NCBI GenBank assembly: GCA_963772725.1
Contig: CAVYYI010000003.1
Location: forward strand, 128,001-192,000
Direction of reading: 5' to 3'
DNA from: an uncultured Phycisphaerales bacterium
GTDB taxonomy: Bacteria; Planctomycetota; Phycisphaerae; Sedimentisphaerales; Anaerobacaceae
DNA: 64,000 nucleotides
Position 1 is the stretch's first letter. Each line of letters starts with the position of its first letter. The position numbers and the translations under genes are program-made. Below the pieces are notes generated by a model. The model did not search any database. It saw nothing but the letters and a program-made list of their open reading frames with translations, and was not told the origin of the DNA. Shown here one piece after another: positions 11,344 through 23,279 of the stretch.

Positions 11344-11405
11344 ATCAACTCCTTGTTTAACCGACCATCAAACACAATTCTATAAAAATATTCATAATAT
11401 CACTC

Positions 11406-11519
11406 TTAACCCTGACGCTGTTTATGCCGCGGATTAGTGCAAATCACCCGCAAAACGCCCTTGCGGCGAACAATTTTGCAATTTTCACAAATACGTTTTA
11501 CTGAACTTCTAACTTTCAT
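11406..11519 (-). CDS. rpmJ: 50S ribosomal protein bL36 (Zn-ribbon type)
   Basis: [37 protein letters not shown]. Confidence 0.96.
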   Translation of the reverse strand: MKVRSSVKRICENCKIVRRKGVLRVICTNPRHKQRQG

Positions 11520-11574
11520 TTTCTACTACCTGCCTTTATATTCGCATTTCAATTATATTACAGCCAATGCTCAT

Positions 11575-11791
11575 TTAATTTCGCAAAACAATCCTGCCTC
11601 TGTTCAGATCATAAGGCGACATCTCAACCGTCACCGAATCGCCGGGCAGAATGCGAATAAAATGCATTCTCATCTTACCCGAAACATGCGCCATAATCTT
11701 ATGGCCGTCTTCTAAGTTCAACTCTGAACATCGCATTCGGCAGAGCATCAATCACTTTGGCCTGAACTTTTATTGCATCCTTTTTCGCCAT
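11575..11791 (-). CDS. infA: translation initiation factor IF-1; frameshifted
   Basis: MAKKDAIK start, [36 protein letters not shown]. Confidence 0.9.
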
Positions 11792-11797
11792 AACTTC

Positions 11798-12580
11798 TTA
11801 TCTTCACCGTCAACACTTCACAACCATTTTTCACTATCGCAATCGTATGCTCAAAATGAGCCGAACATTTACCATCTCTTGTAACAACCGTCCATCCGTC
11901 TTTTAACGTTCGAACGCACTCGTGCCCGCATTAACATCGGCTCAACAGCCAAAACCATTCCTTCTGCGACAGGATAATATCATCTGCCAGCAATTCTCGC
12001 TGACAAAATTCGGCACCTTCGGTTCTTCGTGCATATTTCTTCCGATGCCATGCCCGACAAAATCCCTGACAACCGAAAAACCCGCCGCTTCGGCATATCT
12101 CTGCATTTCGCGGCTATCTGGCTCCATCTCACACCAGGGGCAGACCTTGCTATCGCTATATCAAGAAGCATGCTTTGGTAACATCCATAAGTCTGCGATT
12201 ACTCTCAGAAATATTCACCGATACCTACCGTAACAGCCGCATCGCCGCAATAACCATCAAGCCTAACGCCAAAATCAATACTCAGAATATCGCCTTCTTT
12301 AAGCCTGACACTTTCGGAAGGAATTCCATGAACAATCTGCTCATTTACCGAAGCACAAATCACGCCGGGAAACGGCATTTTCGCATACGGGCTGCGAACA
12401 CCTTTAAACAACGGCCTCTGCTCCGGCCTCTTCGGTCATTTCCAAAGCAACGTTATCCAGATAGCCGGTACTTACTCCCGGCCTTGCAATCTCTTTCAAT
12501 TTTGAAAGAACATCGGCAACAACACGACCTGCCTTACGCATCAATTCAATTTCTCTTCTGCTGCGAAGCGTTATAGCCAT
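11798..12580 (-). CDS. map: methionine aminopeptidase type I; frameshifted
   Basis: [31 protein letters not shown]. Confidence 0.92.
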
Positions 12581-13253
12581 TTAATTTCTAAAAACATATT
12601 AACGCCAACACTAAGGTTTCCAGCTTCTCAAACACAGCAAGCTGTTACCTCATCGACATCCTTATTGGCATCGACATCACATAACTAATATTACTTTCTT
12701 CTTATAATAACCAATAACAGGTTCAGTCTGCTTATGATAAGTCTTAAGCCGGTTCTCACAACTTCCGCCGTATCATCAGGCCTTTGAACAAGCTTTGTAC
12801 CGTCTTTATCGCATTTGCCGTCAACTTTAGGCTTAGATTTTCAATATGATAAACCGCACCGCACTTCGGACAGCTTCTTCTGCCTGTCATTCGCTCTGCG
12901 ACAATCTTGTCATCTATCTGCAAGATTAACACAATATCTATTTTTTGCTGGTCGATTTCAACATCTTATCAAGCTCCTCCGCCTGGTTAACTGTTCTCGG
13001 AAAACCATCCAGCACATAGCCGCTACAGACGCTTTATTAATCGCCTCAACCATCATTTCAATTATCATTCATCCGGCACCAATGCCCCTGAATCCATATA
13101 GCTCTGGGCCTTTTTGCCCAAGCGCTTCCATTTGCTCTTTCCTGTCGCAAGAATATCGCCGCTCGACAGATGCAGCAAACCATACTTTTCAACAATTCGC
13201 TTACACTGCGTTCCTTTACCGGCACCAGGAGCACCTAATAAAATTATCCTCAT
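12581..13253 (-). CDS. adk: adenylate kinase; frameshifted
   Basis: LLGAPGAGKGTQ, HLSSGDIL, LDGFPRT. Confidence 0.92.
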
Positions 13254-14613
13254 GAATACGCTCCTTTAATCCTGCCGGATTCGCTGAAGCCTTCATAGCT
13301 GCGCATAAGCAAATTAGCCTCAATTCTCTGAACAAGGTCCAGCGAAACACTGACGACAATCAACAATCCCGTTCCGCCAAGAAACGTCGCAACCTGCCAG
13401 TCAATTCCGAGCAGAATCGAAATAACCGTCGGCACAACCGCGATTATAGCCAGAAACGCCGCACCAAAATAAGTAATTCTCGTCATTACAGTCTCAAGAT
13501 ACTCAGCGGTCCTGTGACCGGGTCTCAAGCCGGGAATAAAACTGCCGGAATCACGCAGATTTTTCGCCATATCTTGGGCTGAAACTGAACCGTAACCCAG
13601 AAATATGCAAACAAAAATATCAATACCATATAAACAACATTATATGTATAAGCACGCTGGCCCAAACGCGTTTTCCAGCGATCAGCATAAAATCACGAAT
13701 TTTCCAGACCGGGAATATTTCTTAACCAGCGAACTATTACCGGCAGGAACATCATAAAGCTCGATGCAAAAATAATCGGCATCACACCGCCATGATTGAC
13801 ACGCAAGCGGCAGATAATGCCTTGCGCCGCCGTACATTCTTGGCCTCGCATCTGTTTGGCCTGCTGAATCGGTATGCGTCGCTGACCCTGAGTTATCAGA
13901 ATTGTACCTGCAACAACAAATACGGACGCCAAGACCAGAAATATCAGTTTACGCCGGCCCTATCGAGCCCGGCTGAGCCGTAACTGTCAGGTCAACATTT
14001 TCAAAAAGATTTTGAATCGCCCAGGGCATTCGGGCAATAATACCTGCCATAATTATCAAACTGATTCCATTACCGATACCATATTCATCTATCTGCTCGC
14101 CAAGCCACATCAAAAAAATCGTGCCGGCGGTCATACCGATAACGCCCATAATCATCGCCTGCATCTCCATGCCGGCATATATATACTGACTCACGAACAT
14201 CTTCAAATACACCACTGCCTGAATAACACATATAGGCACCGTCAGATAACGTGTATATTCCTGTAATTTTTTTATACCCGGTTTGCCCTTCCTGCCGCAA
14301 CTTTTTCAGCGAAGGAACAACTTCACCGAGCAGCATAAGAATAATCGAAGCGGTAATATAAGGCATAATACCCAGACCAAACAGACTGCTGTTGCTCGAG
14401 CGTTCCGCCGGTAAAAATCTGCATATATTCAGCCGCCCTTCCCAAGGGACTGCTCTGTATCGCTGTGCTTGCAGCCTCATTCATCTTGACTTCGTTAAAA
14501 CCGGGAATCGGGATATGAAAACCGACCCTATAGATTATCAGCATCATCACAGTAAAAAGAATTTTATTGCGAAGGTCAGGAATCTTAAATATGTTTGATA
14601 CTGTCCTAAACAT
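13250..14613 (-). CDS. secY: preprotein translocase SecY; frameshifted
   Basis: [59 protein letters not shown]. Confidence 0.95.
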
Positions 14614-14665
14614 CCTTATTATTTCCCAATAAACCGGTAATTCGAATAATCATCTAAACAAGCCC

Positions 14666-15110
14666 TTATAATACTTTTGCCGTGCCGCCTGACGCGGTTA
14701 TTTTCTGCTCAGCGGCCTTGCTGAACTTATGAGCCGTTATTTCCAATTTCTTCGTCAGATCACCGCCGCCAAGAATCTTGACTTTGCTGCTTTCACTTTC
14801 AATCAGTCCGGCGCCTGACAACTGTTCCAGTCCGACTGATGCACCGTCTTCGAACCTCTCCAACTGCGACACATTAACAACCTCATAGCGTGCTGCGAAA
14901 CGTATAATTACTAAATCCGCGTTTCGGCAACCGCCTGAATAAAGGCATTTGTCCGCCTTCCCGCAGTGACATAAAAGTCGCGCCGCTTCTGCTGCCTGCA
15001 CCCTTATGTCCGCGGCCGCAGGTCTTGCCGTGGCCCGAACCGATACCTCTGCCAACTCGCTTGCGGGCCTTTTTTTTACCTGCTATAGAAGTTATTTCAT
15101 GATTCAACAT
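14666..15110 (-). CDS. rplO: 50S ribosomal protein uL15; frameshifted
   Basis: [43 protein letters not shown]. Confidence 0.95.
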
Positions 15111-15117
15111 TTAAATA

Positions 15118-15642
15118 TCACCACCTTTTTACCACTTCGATTTCAACACCGCGAAGAGATTCAATCATTTCCTTGGTTCTCAATTTCGACAAAGCTATAA
15201 TTGTTGCCTGAACAACATTCTTTGCCGAAGTACTTCCTATACTTTAGTAAGAACATCCTGAACACCTGCATATTCCAGCACCGCTCTTGCGCCTGGACCG
15301 GCGATAACGCCCGTTCCCGGACTGGCCGGCACAAGCATTATTTTCGTCGCTCCGAATCTGCCGATAACCTGATGAGGAATCGTTCGTCCGCACAGAATCA
15401 CTTTACGCAGATTCTTTCTTGGCGTCTTTTATACCTTTATCAACCGCCTGCGGAACTTCGTTTGCCTTTCCATAACCAATACCACTGTACCCTGCCCGGT
15501 CGCCAACAACAACCAATGCTGCAAAACTGAATCGCCTGCCGCCTTTGACGACCTTTGCACAACGATATATCTTTACCGTGGTATCTTCGAACGGTTTTCC
15601 TTCTTCCTGTCACACCTATATCTAACTGGTTCCGCTGCCAAT
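15118..15642 (-). CDS. rpsE: 30S ribosomal protein uS5; frameshifted
   Basis: [30 protein letters not shown]; ends approximate. Confidence 0.88.
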
Positions 15643-15671
15643 TTTTTTCTCCAAACTTCGTTATTATTTCC

Positions 15672-16041
15672 TTAGAAAACCAAACCAGCTTTTCTTGCCG
15701 CGTCGGCAAGAGCTTTGACTCTGCCGTGAAATTTATACGTTCTCTGTCAAAACACACACACTTTATTCCCACACCCATGGCCTGCTTCGCCAATTGCCTC
15801 GCCAACTACTTCGGCAGCCTTTTTATTGCCGCTTGTTCTGCAACTTCTCATGCAGACTCTTCGCTAATGGTACTTGCTGAAACAAGAGTCGCTCCTGCGA
15901 CATCGTCTATAATCTGAGCGTAAATATGTCCTGTTCGAGCGAAATACCGACAGACGAGGTCTTTCCGGCGTGCCAAAAATTTCTTTCGCACATGATATTT
16001 ACGTCTTCTGACTGCTCTTTCTAATTCTTTCAACTTCTCAT
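15672..16041 (-). CDS. rplR: 50S ribosomal protein uL18; frameshifted
   Basis: HIYAQIIDD, VSAST, FDR, GLVF end. Confidence 0.9.
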
Positions 16042-16055
16042 ATATCTAAATCCAA

Positions 16056-16640
16056 TTAACCGTTGCTGCCTGAAGCAAATGCTTTACCGACTTTACGTTT
16101 CACATGTTCATCAGCATAACGAATACCTTTGCCTTTATAAGGTTCCGGCGGCTCTGACTTTCGTATCTCAGAGGCAAACTGACCCAGCACACATTTATCT
16201 GTTCCGATAAGTCGTAAATTTCGCAGGCGTTTCATCTCCTCTGGTTGCCGGCACATCTATTTTCACCTTTACACCCTTCGGTACAGGTATCTCCATCGGA
16301 TTGCAATAACCAACCTGCAAACTAGTTTACCGCCCTGCTCTTTAACATTGAAACCGGTGCCATATATTTCCATCTTCTGCTCGAATCCTTTGGTAACACC
16401 AGTAACCATATTGGCTATCAACGCTCGCGTCGTCCCGCAAATGGCGCTGTCCTGGAACCTGCCGGTCTTCGCTTTCGATTGCTATTTTGCCCGCCGCGCT
16501 ATCCACCTTAACTTTCATCCGGGATGACACTATATCTCTACACTGCCCAGCGGGCCCTGTAACTTTAACTGTCAGGTCTTTTTGCTCGACCTTGACGCCC
16601 TTGAAGGAACAATTATTGGTTTTTTTCCTATACGACTCAA
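16056..16640 (-). CDS. rplF: 50S ribosomal protein uL6; frameshifted
   Basis: TTG-SRIGKK start, [16 protein letters not shown]. Confidence 0.92.
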
Positions 16641-17043
16641 TTAGCTCACCGTACAAAGTATTTCGCCGCCTATATTCATCTTGCGGCACTCTTTATCACT
16701 CATTACTCCTTTGCTCGTCGAAACTATCGACGATACCCATTCCGCCCAAAACATCGCGGTAAATCATCACACTGACGAATAAATCCGTCTGCCGGGTTTG
16801 CTTATCCTGCTTTATCTCGCTGAATACTGGATTACCCTCTGCGTCATATTTCAATGTAATCTTCAAAATTCCCTGTTTGCCGTCTTCAATCCTGTCAAAA
16901 TCCTCTATATAACCTTCCTGTTTAAGAACGGCCGCTATCGCATGACAAATCTTCGATGCCTTAATATCTACCTGTTTGCTCCTTATTCGCAGCCATTCCG
17001 AATCTCTTGTCAGCATATCAGCTATTGGATCACTCAAACTCAT
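16641..17043 (-). CDS. rpsH: 30S ribosomal protein uS8; frameshifted
   Basis: [25 protein letters not shown]. Confidence 0.92.
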
Positions 17044-17089
17044 AATTTACACTCCAAATTCAGTCCTTCAGGACTCGCTATTCTCTGTC

Positions 17090-17274
17090 TTACCAACTGG
17101 CCTTTTTAACTCCTGGTATTTTCCCTTCGTTGGCTAACGTTCTAAAGCAAATTCGGCAAATCTTAAACTTGCGATACACAGCTCTGGACCTCCCGCAAAG
17201 CTCACATCGCGTATAACCTCTGACACGAAACTTCGGTTTCCTTTTTGCTTTATTTCTAGTGCTTTAGTTGACAT
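17090..17274 (-). CDS. rpsN: 30S ribosomal protein uS14, short Zn-binding type; frameshifted
   Basis: [23 protein letters not shown]...IPGVKKASW*. Confidence 0.92.
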
Positions 17275-17317
17275 CCATTAGCTCCAAATCGCTATTATCA
17301 AAATCACTTAATATTAT

Positions 17318-17870
17318 TCACTTCGTCGCCAATGTCTTAAACGGCATACCAAACAAAGCCAGCATACTGTCTTGCCTCTTCATTACTCTTCGCCGTCGTA
17401 ACAAACGTTATATTCATTCCCTGTTGAAACTCAATCTTGACAGGGTCAATTTCCGGGAAAACGCTCTGTTCGCTCAATCCCATCGAATAATTGCCTCTGC
17501 CGTCAAAACTGTCAGGATTAAGCCCACGAAAATCTCTCACTCGCGGTATCGCAAGACTGATCAGCCTGTCCATAAACTCATACATCCTGCTGCCCCGCAT
17601 CGTAACCTTCAAACCCGTCTTTTCGCCCTCACGAACCTTGAAGTTAGAAACGCTCTTTTTGGCCATTGCACACAAGCGGCATCTGACCAGTAATCATTGT
17701 CAGATCCTTTTTAGCCAGCTCCATAAACTTCTTATCCTGAACGCTTTACCAACACCCATCGAAACAACTATCTTCTCAATTCGCGGCACCGCCATAGGGT
17801 TCTTATATCCGAACTCTTTGACCAGTTCCGGAACTACTTTTGATTTATATAAATCTTTTAAACGTGCCAT
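17318..17870 (-). CDS. rplE: 50S ribosomal protein uL5; frameshifted
   Basis: [33 protein letters not shown]. Confidence 0.94.
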
Positions 17871-17897
17871 TTTCTATCTCGTATTTTTATATTCTCT

Positions 17898-18240
17898 TTA
17901 AGCCTTTCTTAGCTTTTCTTATAATTCCAATTCAGTGCCGTCAGCGGCAATCCGCTTTTTTGCTCCCGTCTTCACTTACCTCAAAACGAATCCTGCGTGC
18001 CTTTCGAGGTCTTCGGATTCACCGGCAGAACATTGCTTATATGTATCGGCTTTTCAATACTGATCCGCCCGCCCTGAAGGATTTTTGCGCGAGGGCGTAA
18101 CATGCTTTTTAACCATATTATGACCCTGAACTATTACCTTGTTCTTGTCAGGCAACACACGAAGAACCTTGCCCGTTGCGCCTTTATGGTCGCCGGCATA
18201 TAATTTCAACCATATCACCTTTTTTAATATGCATGCTCAT
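17898..18240 (-). CDS. rplX: 50S ribosomal protein uL24; frameshifted
   Basis: MHIKKGDMVEII start, GKVLRV, gene order. Confidence 0.85.
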
Positions 18241-18295
18241 TCTTAATTGCTCACGTTTCCGTATAACACAGCAACTCAAATCTATCGTAAATATT

Positions 18296-18689
18296 TCAGA
18301 CCACTTCGCTTGCCAGCGAAATAATCTTCATATAGTTCTTTTCACGAAGTTCACGGGCAACCGCGCCGAAAATTCTCGTTCCTACCGGGTTGCCTTCGGC
18401 GTCAATCATAACCGCCGCGTTTTTATCAAATCTCACATAACTTCCATCAGCACGTTTTATAGGATGGTTCGTACGAACAATAACACACTTATGAACCTTT
18501 TTATCGTCCAAGCTGACAGGTCGGCAAAGATTTCTTTATCGCCACGCACAATAACATCGCCAACCGCAGCTGTAGCCCTGCTGTAAACTTGCCTCTTCTG
18601 GCTCCGCTTTTGCCCAAAACTCTGATGCATTGTGCCGTCTTGACGCCGGAGTTATCGGCTATATCCACCATTGTTTCCTGTTGTATCAC
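18296..18689 (-). CDS. rplN: 50S ribosomal protein uL14; frameshifted
   Basis: [34 protein letters not shown]. Confidence 0.95.
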
Positions 18690-18728
18690 TTTCGATATAC
18701 CTCTTAATTCTGAATCAACGTATCTATC

Positions 18729-18992
18729 TTATTCCTGAGCCGCCTTCACTACAACCTTCACAAGACGCCAATTTTTGGTTTTGCTGTAAGGCCTGCCTTC
18801 GGCAACTTCCACAACATCACCAACACCGGCCTGATTATTCTCATCGTGAACATACAAAACGGTTCTGCGCTTAAGAATTTTCCCATACTTAGGATGCTTC
18901 GTCTTGAATTCATAGGCAACCTTGATACTCTTATTGCCGCTCTTACTTATCACTACGGCTGTTATCGTTTTTACTTTTTTTTCCTGCATCAT
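18729..18992 (-). CDS. rpsQ: 30S ribosomal protein uS17
   Basis: HPKYGK, HDENN, GDVVEV, RPYSKTK. Confidence 0.95.
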   Translation of the reverse strand: MMQEKKVKTITAVVISKSGNKSIKVAYEFKTKHPKYGKILKRRTVLYVHDENNQAGVGDVVEVAEGRPYSKTKNWRLVKVVVKAAQE

Positions 18993-18993
18993 T

Positions 18994-19211
18994 CTATTCC
19001 CAACGTAATATTCTCGTTATTTTCTTGTTCTGGCGTACGTATACCGTCTTTATTCTCGCGATGTCACGCTTTGACATTAATTATAGATTTAGAATTCTCC
19101 AGTTTTTCGGTTACTGCCTGAGAACGTAAATCAAACAAATGCCTCTTCAATCTCTTCGAGCTTATTCTCAAGCTCATCGTGACTCATCTCGCGATAATGT
19201 TGTGCTTTCAT
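18994..19211 (-). CDS. rpmC: 50S ribosomal protein uL29; frameshifted
   Basis: MKAQHYREMSHDEL, LFDLRSQAVTEKLEN; position between rplP and rpsQ. Confidence 0.85.
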
Positions 19212-19224
19212 CGGCATTTCCTTA

Positions 19225-19644
19225 CTATAGTGAATGTCTTCGCTTTACAAATCTGCATTTAATCGGCATCTTATGGACACACGCACCAGCGCCTGCTTTG
19301 CAACGTCTTCAGTCACGCCGCCGACCTCGAACATAACCGTGCCTGGTCTGACTCTCGCCACCCAGAACGCTGGCTCACCTTTACCTTTACCCATTCGGGT
19401 TTCCAGCGGCTTTGCGCTGACGGGCTTATAAGGGAAAACCCTGACATAAACCTTGCCTTCACGATGCAATAATGGGTCGCTGCAACTCGACCGGCCTCAA
19501 TCTGTTTGGCCGTCCACCCAATCCATCTCTAAAGACTGCAAACCATATTCGCCAAACGCAACATAATTGCCCTCGCGAAGCGTTGCCTTTCATCTTGCCG
19601 CGCTGGCTTTTACGGTACTTAACTCTTTTTGGCATCATCGCCAT
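19225..19644 (-). CDS. rplP: 50S ribosomal protein uL16; frameshifted
   Basis: [31 protein letters not shown]. Confidence 0.95.
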
Positions 19645-19667
19645 TATTTTAACCCTTACACCTATCT

Positions 19668-20512
19668 CTAACTAAGCATCTTATTAATACTATTTTTAAC
19701 TCTCAACTGGGTTATCTTGAGGACCGGCTCCATTTTGTTCAGGACGACTGGATGCTGCTGGACCTCCGCGACGGCGACCACGGGAAGAGTCACCTTCTGA
19801 CCTTTCATCGCCCCACGGTCTGGAACCGCGTCTCTGAGAGGACCACCGCGATAACCCTGCTTCGGTTCAATAACCTCACCGAACTTGCCTTTGTAAATCC
19901 ACACTTTGATACCAATCGCTCCGTATGTCGTCCTCGCTGTAGCCCTGGCATAATCTACATTGGCATCAAGCGTATGAAGCGGAATACTTCCTGTCTTTTG
20001 TGCTTCACTGCGGGCTATTTCGGCTCCACCCAGGCGGCCGCTGCAGATAATCTTTACTCCCTTGGCGCCCGCGTTCATCGCCTTTTCGCAAGCTGCTTCA
20101 TCGACCGCCTGAAAGATGCTCGCTTGCAAAGCTGCTCTGCTATCTCTTCGCCCACCAGCTTGGCGTTCAAATCAGGCTCTTTTATCTCAATAACATTAAC
20201 ATTCACCTTTCGGCCGGTCAGGGCTTCAATCTCTTCACGAAGCTTATCCACTTCACCGCCTCTGGCGCCGATAATTATACCAGGCCTGCCGCTATACAGC
20301 GTTACTTTAACTTCATTACGCGTGCGAACTACTTCCGTCTTGGCCACAGCTCCTCGCGGCATCTGGCGGTTATATTTCTTATCGACAAATTCACGTATTT
20401 TCTGGTCTTCGACGAGAAAATCTCCATAGTTTGCCTTCGGTGCAAACCACGTGCTTTGCCACTCAAGTGTTATTCCAGTCCTAAATCCTATTGGCGATAC
20501 TTTTTGACCCAT
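19668..20512 (-). CDS. rpsC: 30S ribosomal protein uS3; frameshifted
   Basis: [39 protein letters not shown]. Confidence 0.95.
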
Positions 20513-20551
20513 AATTACTTTTGCCTTTTTACCGTTTTGAGCCTTTACTTA

Positions 20552-21102
20552 TTATGACTGCGTTACGGTTACTGATATATGACAAGCTCTTTTCCTGATG
20601 GCATGAGCCTTGCCTCTGTCTTTGGCTATCCATCTCTTGGTTCCTATACGAACACCGCCTTCATCGGCACGTGCATCACACACATACAATTTGTCAACAT
20701 CAGCCTGCTGCTCATCCGCATCGGCAACCGCACTTTTAAGAACCTTATCAATCATCGACGCCGCACGTTTTCTTGTAAACTTCAGAATATCCATTGCTTC
20801 CTGAACATTACGACCTGCTATCAACTGCGTAACAAGCCTGGCCTTTCTTGATGAACCAGGTGCATAACGATACGATGAACGCCAACTCACTAAATCGTTC
20901 ACTTCCGCAGACAATGCCGTAGCCAAATGTTCAAGTCTTCTTTCGACGGTGTAGGACTAAACAGCCCTTTCTGCCAGTTCTTAATCGCTGTTATCGCCTG
21001 CTTTTTGACGAGACCGCCTCGGACAAGCTGGCTTGCCAACTGCTCTGAACTAACCTTACGTGCTTTACGAAGCTTATTTAATTTATTTGCATTTAGCATC
21101 AT
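20552..21102 (-). CDS. rplV: 50S ribosomal protein uL22 with an N-terminal XRE-type HTH extension; one apparent frameshift near 20935
   Basis: SSRKARLVTQLIAG, KVLKSAVADA, RGKAHAIRKRACHISV give uL22; the upstream 67-aa ORF overlaps it and looks like an HTH_XRE domain. Confidence 0.85.
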
Positions 21103-21145
21103 ATTCTATATCTCAATTTTCTTATCGACGCTGCCCTCGGCGATT

Positions 21146-21409
21146 TTACTTATTTCCAGAGTGTCCTCTGAACGTACGTGTCAGTGAAAACTCGCCAAGT
21201 TTATGTCCAACCATATCTTCTGTTACAAAAACCTTATTGAAAACTTTTCCGTTATGCACGAGAAACGTATAACCCACAAACTCTGGAATTATCGTACACC
21301 TTCTTGCCCATGTCTTTATGGGTTCATGAGAGCCGGAAGCACTCTGTTTACCTACTTTCGCAAACAGCTTTGCATCTACAAACGGCCCTTTTTTTAGCGA
21401 TCTTCCCAT
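21146..21409 (-). CDS. rpsS: 30S ribosomal protein uS19
   Basis: [26 protein letters not shown]. Confidence 0.98.
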   Translation of the reverse strand: MGRSLKKGPFVDAKLFAKVGKQSASGSHEPIKTWARRCTIIPEFVGYTFLVHNGKVFNKVFVTEDMVGHKLGEFSLTRTFRGHSGNK

Positions 21410-21458
21410 TAAACTGCCTCTATCCTTAACATAATTCCCGTCATTGCGGGTTCATCAG

Positions 21459-22310
21459 TTATAGTACCAACTGTCCATGAGCTGTACTTTTGCGTCTCCG
21501 AATAATTCTCTTATTGCTTATCTTTCGCGGATTTCTTGTCTTGCCGCCCTTGGCCAATACGCCAGTAGGTGAGCATGGATGACGTCCACCGTTCGACCTG
21601 CCTTCGCCGCCGCCCAGTGGATGGTCAACAGGGTTCATAGCCTTACCTCTGACATGAGGTCTGCGGCCTGTGTGCCTGGTCCGGCCTGCTTTTCCAATTG
21701 TAACATTTTGATAATCTAAATTGCCCAATTTGCCGATTGTCGCCCTGCATTCTTTCCTAACCATTCGCATCTCGCCGCTCGGCAGAATAACTGTTACCCA
21801 GTCGCCTTCTTTGGCAGCTATCTTCGCGGCACCGCCGGCACCTCTAACAAGCTTGCCGCCCTGGCCGGCAGTCATTTCAATATTATGAACCTCAAGACCC
21901 GCCGGAATTGCTCCAAGCGGCATCGCATTACCAACTTTCGGCTCGCAAAGCTGTCCGCTTTCAATCTTATCGCCAACATTTATGCCAAGAGGCGACAATA
22001 TATAACTTTTTTCGCCGTCTGCATAATTCACAAGCGATATATAGCAATTCCTGTTAGGATCATATTCCACAGTCGCGATATAGCCAAATACGCCGTCTTT
22101 ATCACGTTTAAAATCAATAACTCGATAAATCTTTCGTGCACCGCCACCGCGAAACCGCGAAGTTGTACATCCGCCATGATTTCTGCCGCCGCTCTTTTTT
22201 ATCCGAACACACAAAGACTTTTCGGGAACTGTCGCGGTAATCTCGGCATAATCATTCACCGAAGCATTTCGCCGTCCCGCACTTGTTGGTCTATAAATTC
22301 TAATACCCAT
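21459..22310 (-). CDS. rplB: 50S ribosomal protein uL2
   Basis: EYDPNR, GKAGR, MNPVDHPLGGGEG. Confidence 0.98.
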   Translation of the reverse strand: MGIRIYRPTSAGRRNASVNDYAEITATVPEKSLCVRIKKSGGRNHGGCTTSRFRGGGARKIYRVIDFKRDKDGVFGYIATVEYDPNRNCYISLVNYADGEKSYILSPLGINVGDKIESGQLCEPKVGNAMPLGAIPAGLEVHNIEMTAGQGGKLVRGAGGAAKIAAKEGDWVTVILPSGEMRMVRKECRATIGKLGNLDYQNVTIGKAGRTRHTGRRPHVRGKAMNPVDHPLGGGEGRSNGGRHPCSPTGVLAKGGKTRNPRKISNKRIIRRRKSTAHGQLVL

Positions 22311-22322
22311 AATTACCGCCTT

Positions 22323-22601
22323 TTAGAACAAATCTATATGATATTCCGGCTTCAAATATACAACCGCCTTTTTCCAGCTTGACGTTACACCGACGGTACT
22401 GCCCCTTCGGCTATACTTGCCTTTTCGATTAGCGGTTCTTACCTTGTCAACTTTTACGTTATATATCTTTTCAATAGCCTGTTTTACTTCAGCCTTGTTA
22501 GCGTGCTTGTCAACCTGAAAAGAGTACGCGCCTTTCACGTTCGCAAGATGCGTTCCCTGTTCTGTTATCAATGGCTGAATTATTACGTTATAATTATCCA
22601 C
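22323..22601 (-). CDS. rplW: 50S ribosomal protein uL23
   Basis: PLITE, ANKAEVKQAIEKIYNVKV, WKKAVV. Confidence 0.96.
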   Translation of the reverse strand: MDNYNVIIQPLITEQGTHLANVKGAYSFQVDKHANKAEVKQAIEKIYNVKVDKVRTANRKGKYSRRGSTVGVTSSWKKAVVYLKPEYHIDLF

Positions 22602-22613
22602 TACTGTTACCCG

Positions 22614-23249
22614 TTAATTATTTTCTGATTTATCTTTATTTAAAAACGATAAAAACGCTTCTTTCGTGAACAATATCTTGCTGCGGCTGCAGATGTCACC
22701 GGCGTTTAAATCCGCAACAGGCATTATTGCGACTTTCGCGATATTTCTCGCCGAACGATAAACATTCTCATCATAATTGTTTGTTGTTATAAGACAACTT
22801 CTCTCTATTTTCAAATTCGCAAGTACACCCGCAAAATCCTTTGTTTTAGGCTTTTCAAAATTCAACTCGTCAACCACAACAAGATTATTAGTTAACAGCT
22901 TGGCCAAAACCGCTGAATCGCGGGCCAGTTTTTTCTCTTTCTTCGGCATACTCCTGCCGAAATCTCTGGCGACCTTATTGAACGTTACGCCGCCGCCGAC
23001 GCGCTTGGCGGTTCTGAGATTACCAACGCGGGCATTACCTGTGCCCTTTTGTTTGAACAGTTTACGCGTCGAGCCTTCTATCATACTTCTGTCTTTGGTC
23101 GCGGCCGTACCAACATGCTTGTTAGCATGATACATAACTATCGCCCGCTTGAGCAGCGAATATCGAACATGCCCGCCAAGAGACGACTCATCCACCTTCA
23201 GGGTGTCAACCTCTTTGCCTTGTCTATTATAAACAGCCAGATTTATCAT
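22614..23249 (-). CDS. rplD: 50S ribosomal protein uL4
   Basis: KQKGTGNARVG, GGGVTF, SARNI. Confidence 0.96.
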   Translation of the reverse strand: MINLAVYNRQGKEVDTLKVDESSLGGHVRYSLLKRAIVMYHANKHVGTAATKDRSMIEGSTRKLFKQKGTGNARVGNLRTAKRVGGGVTFNKVARDFGRSMPKKEKKLARDSAVLAKLLTNNLVVVDELNFEKPKTKDFAGVLANLKIERSCLITTNNYDENVYRSARNIAKVAIMPVADLNAGDICSRSKILFTKEAFLSFLNKDKSENN

Positions 23250-23279
23250 TTTAAACATCCCGTTATATAATCACTTCAA

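Noticed and set aside
8165..21102. Mass pseudogenisation or programmed frameshifting of ribosomal protein genes
   Set aside because: Genes are essential, motifs are intact on both sides of each shift, and shifts cluster regionally; sequencing error is far more likely.
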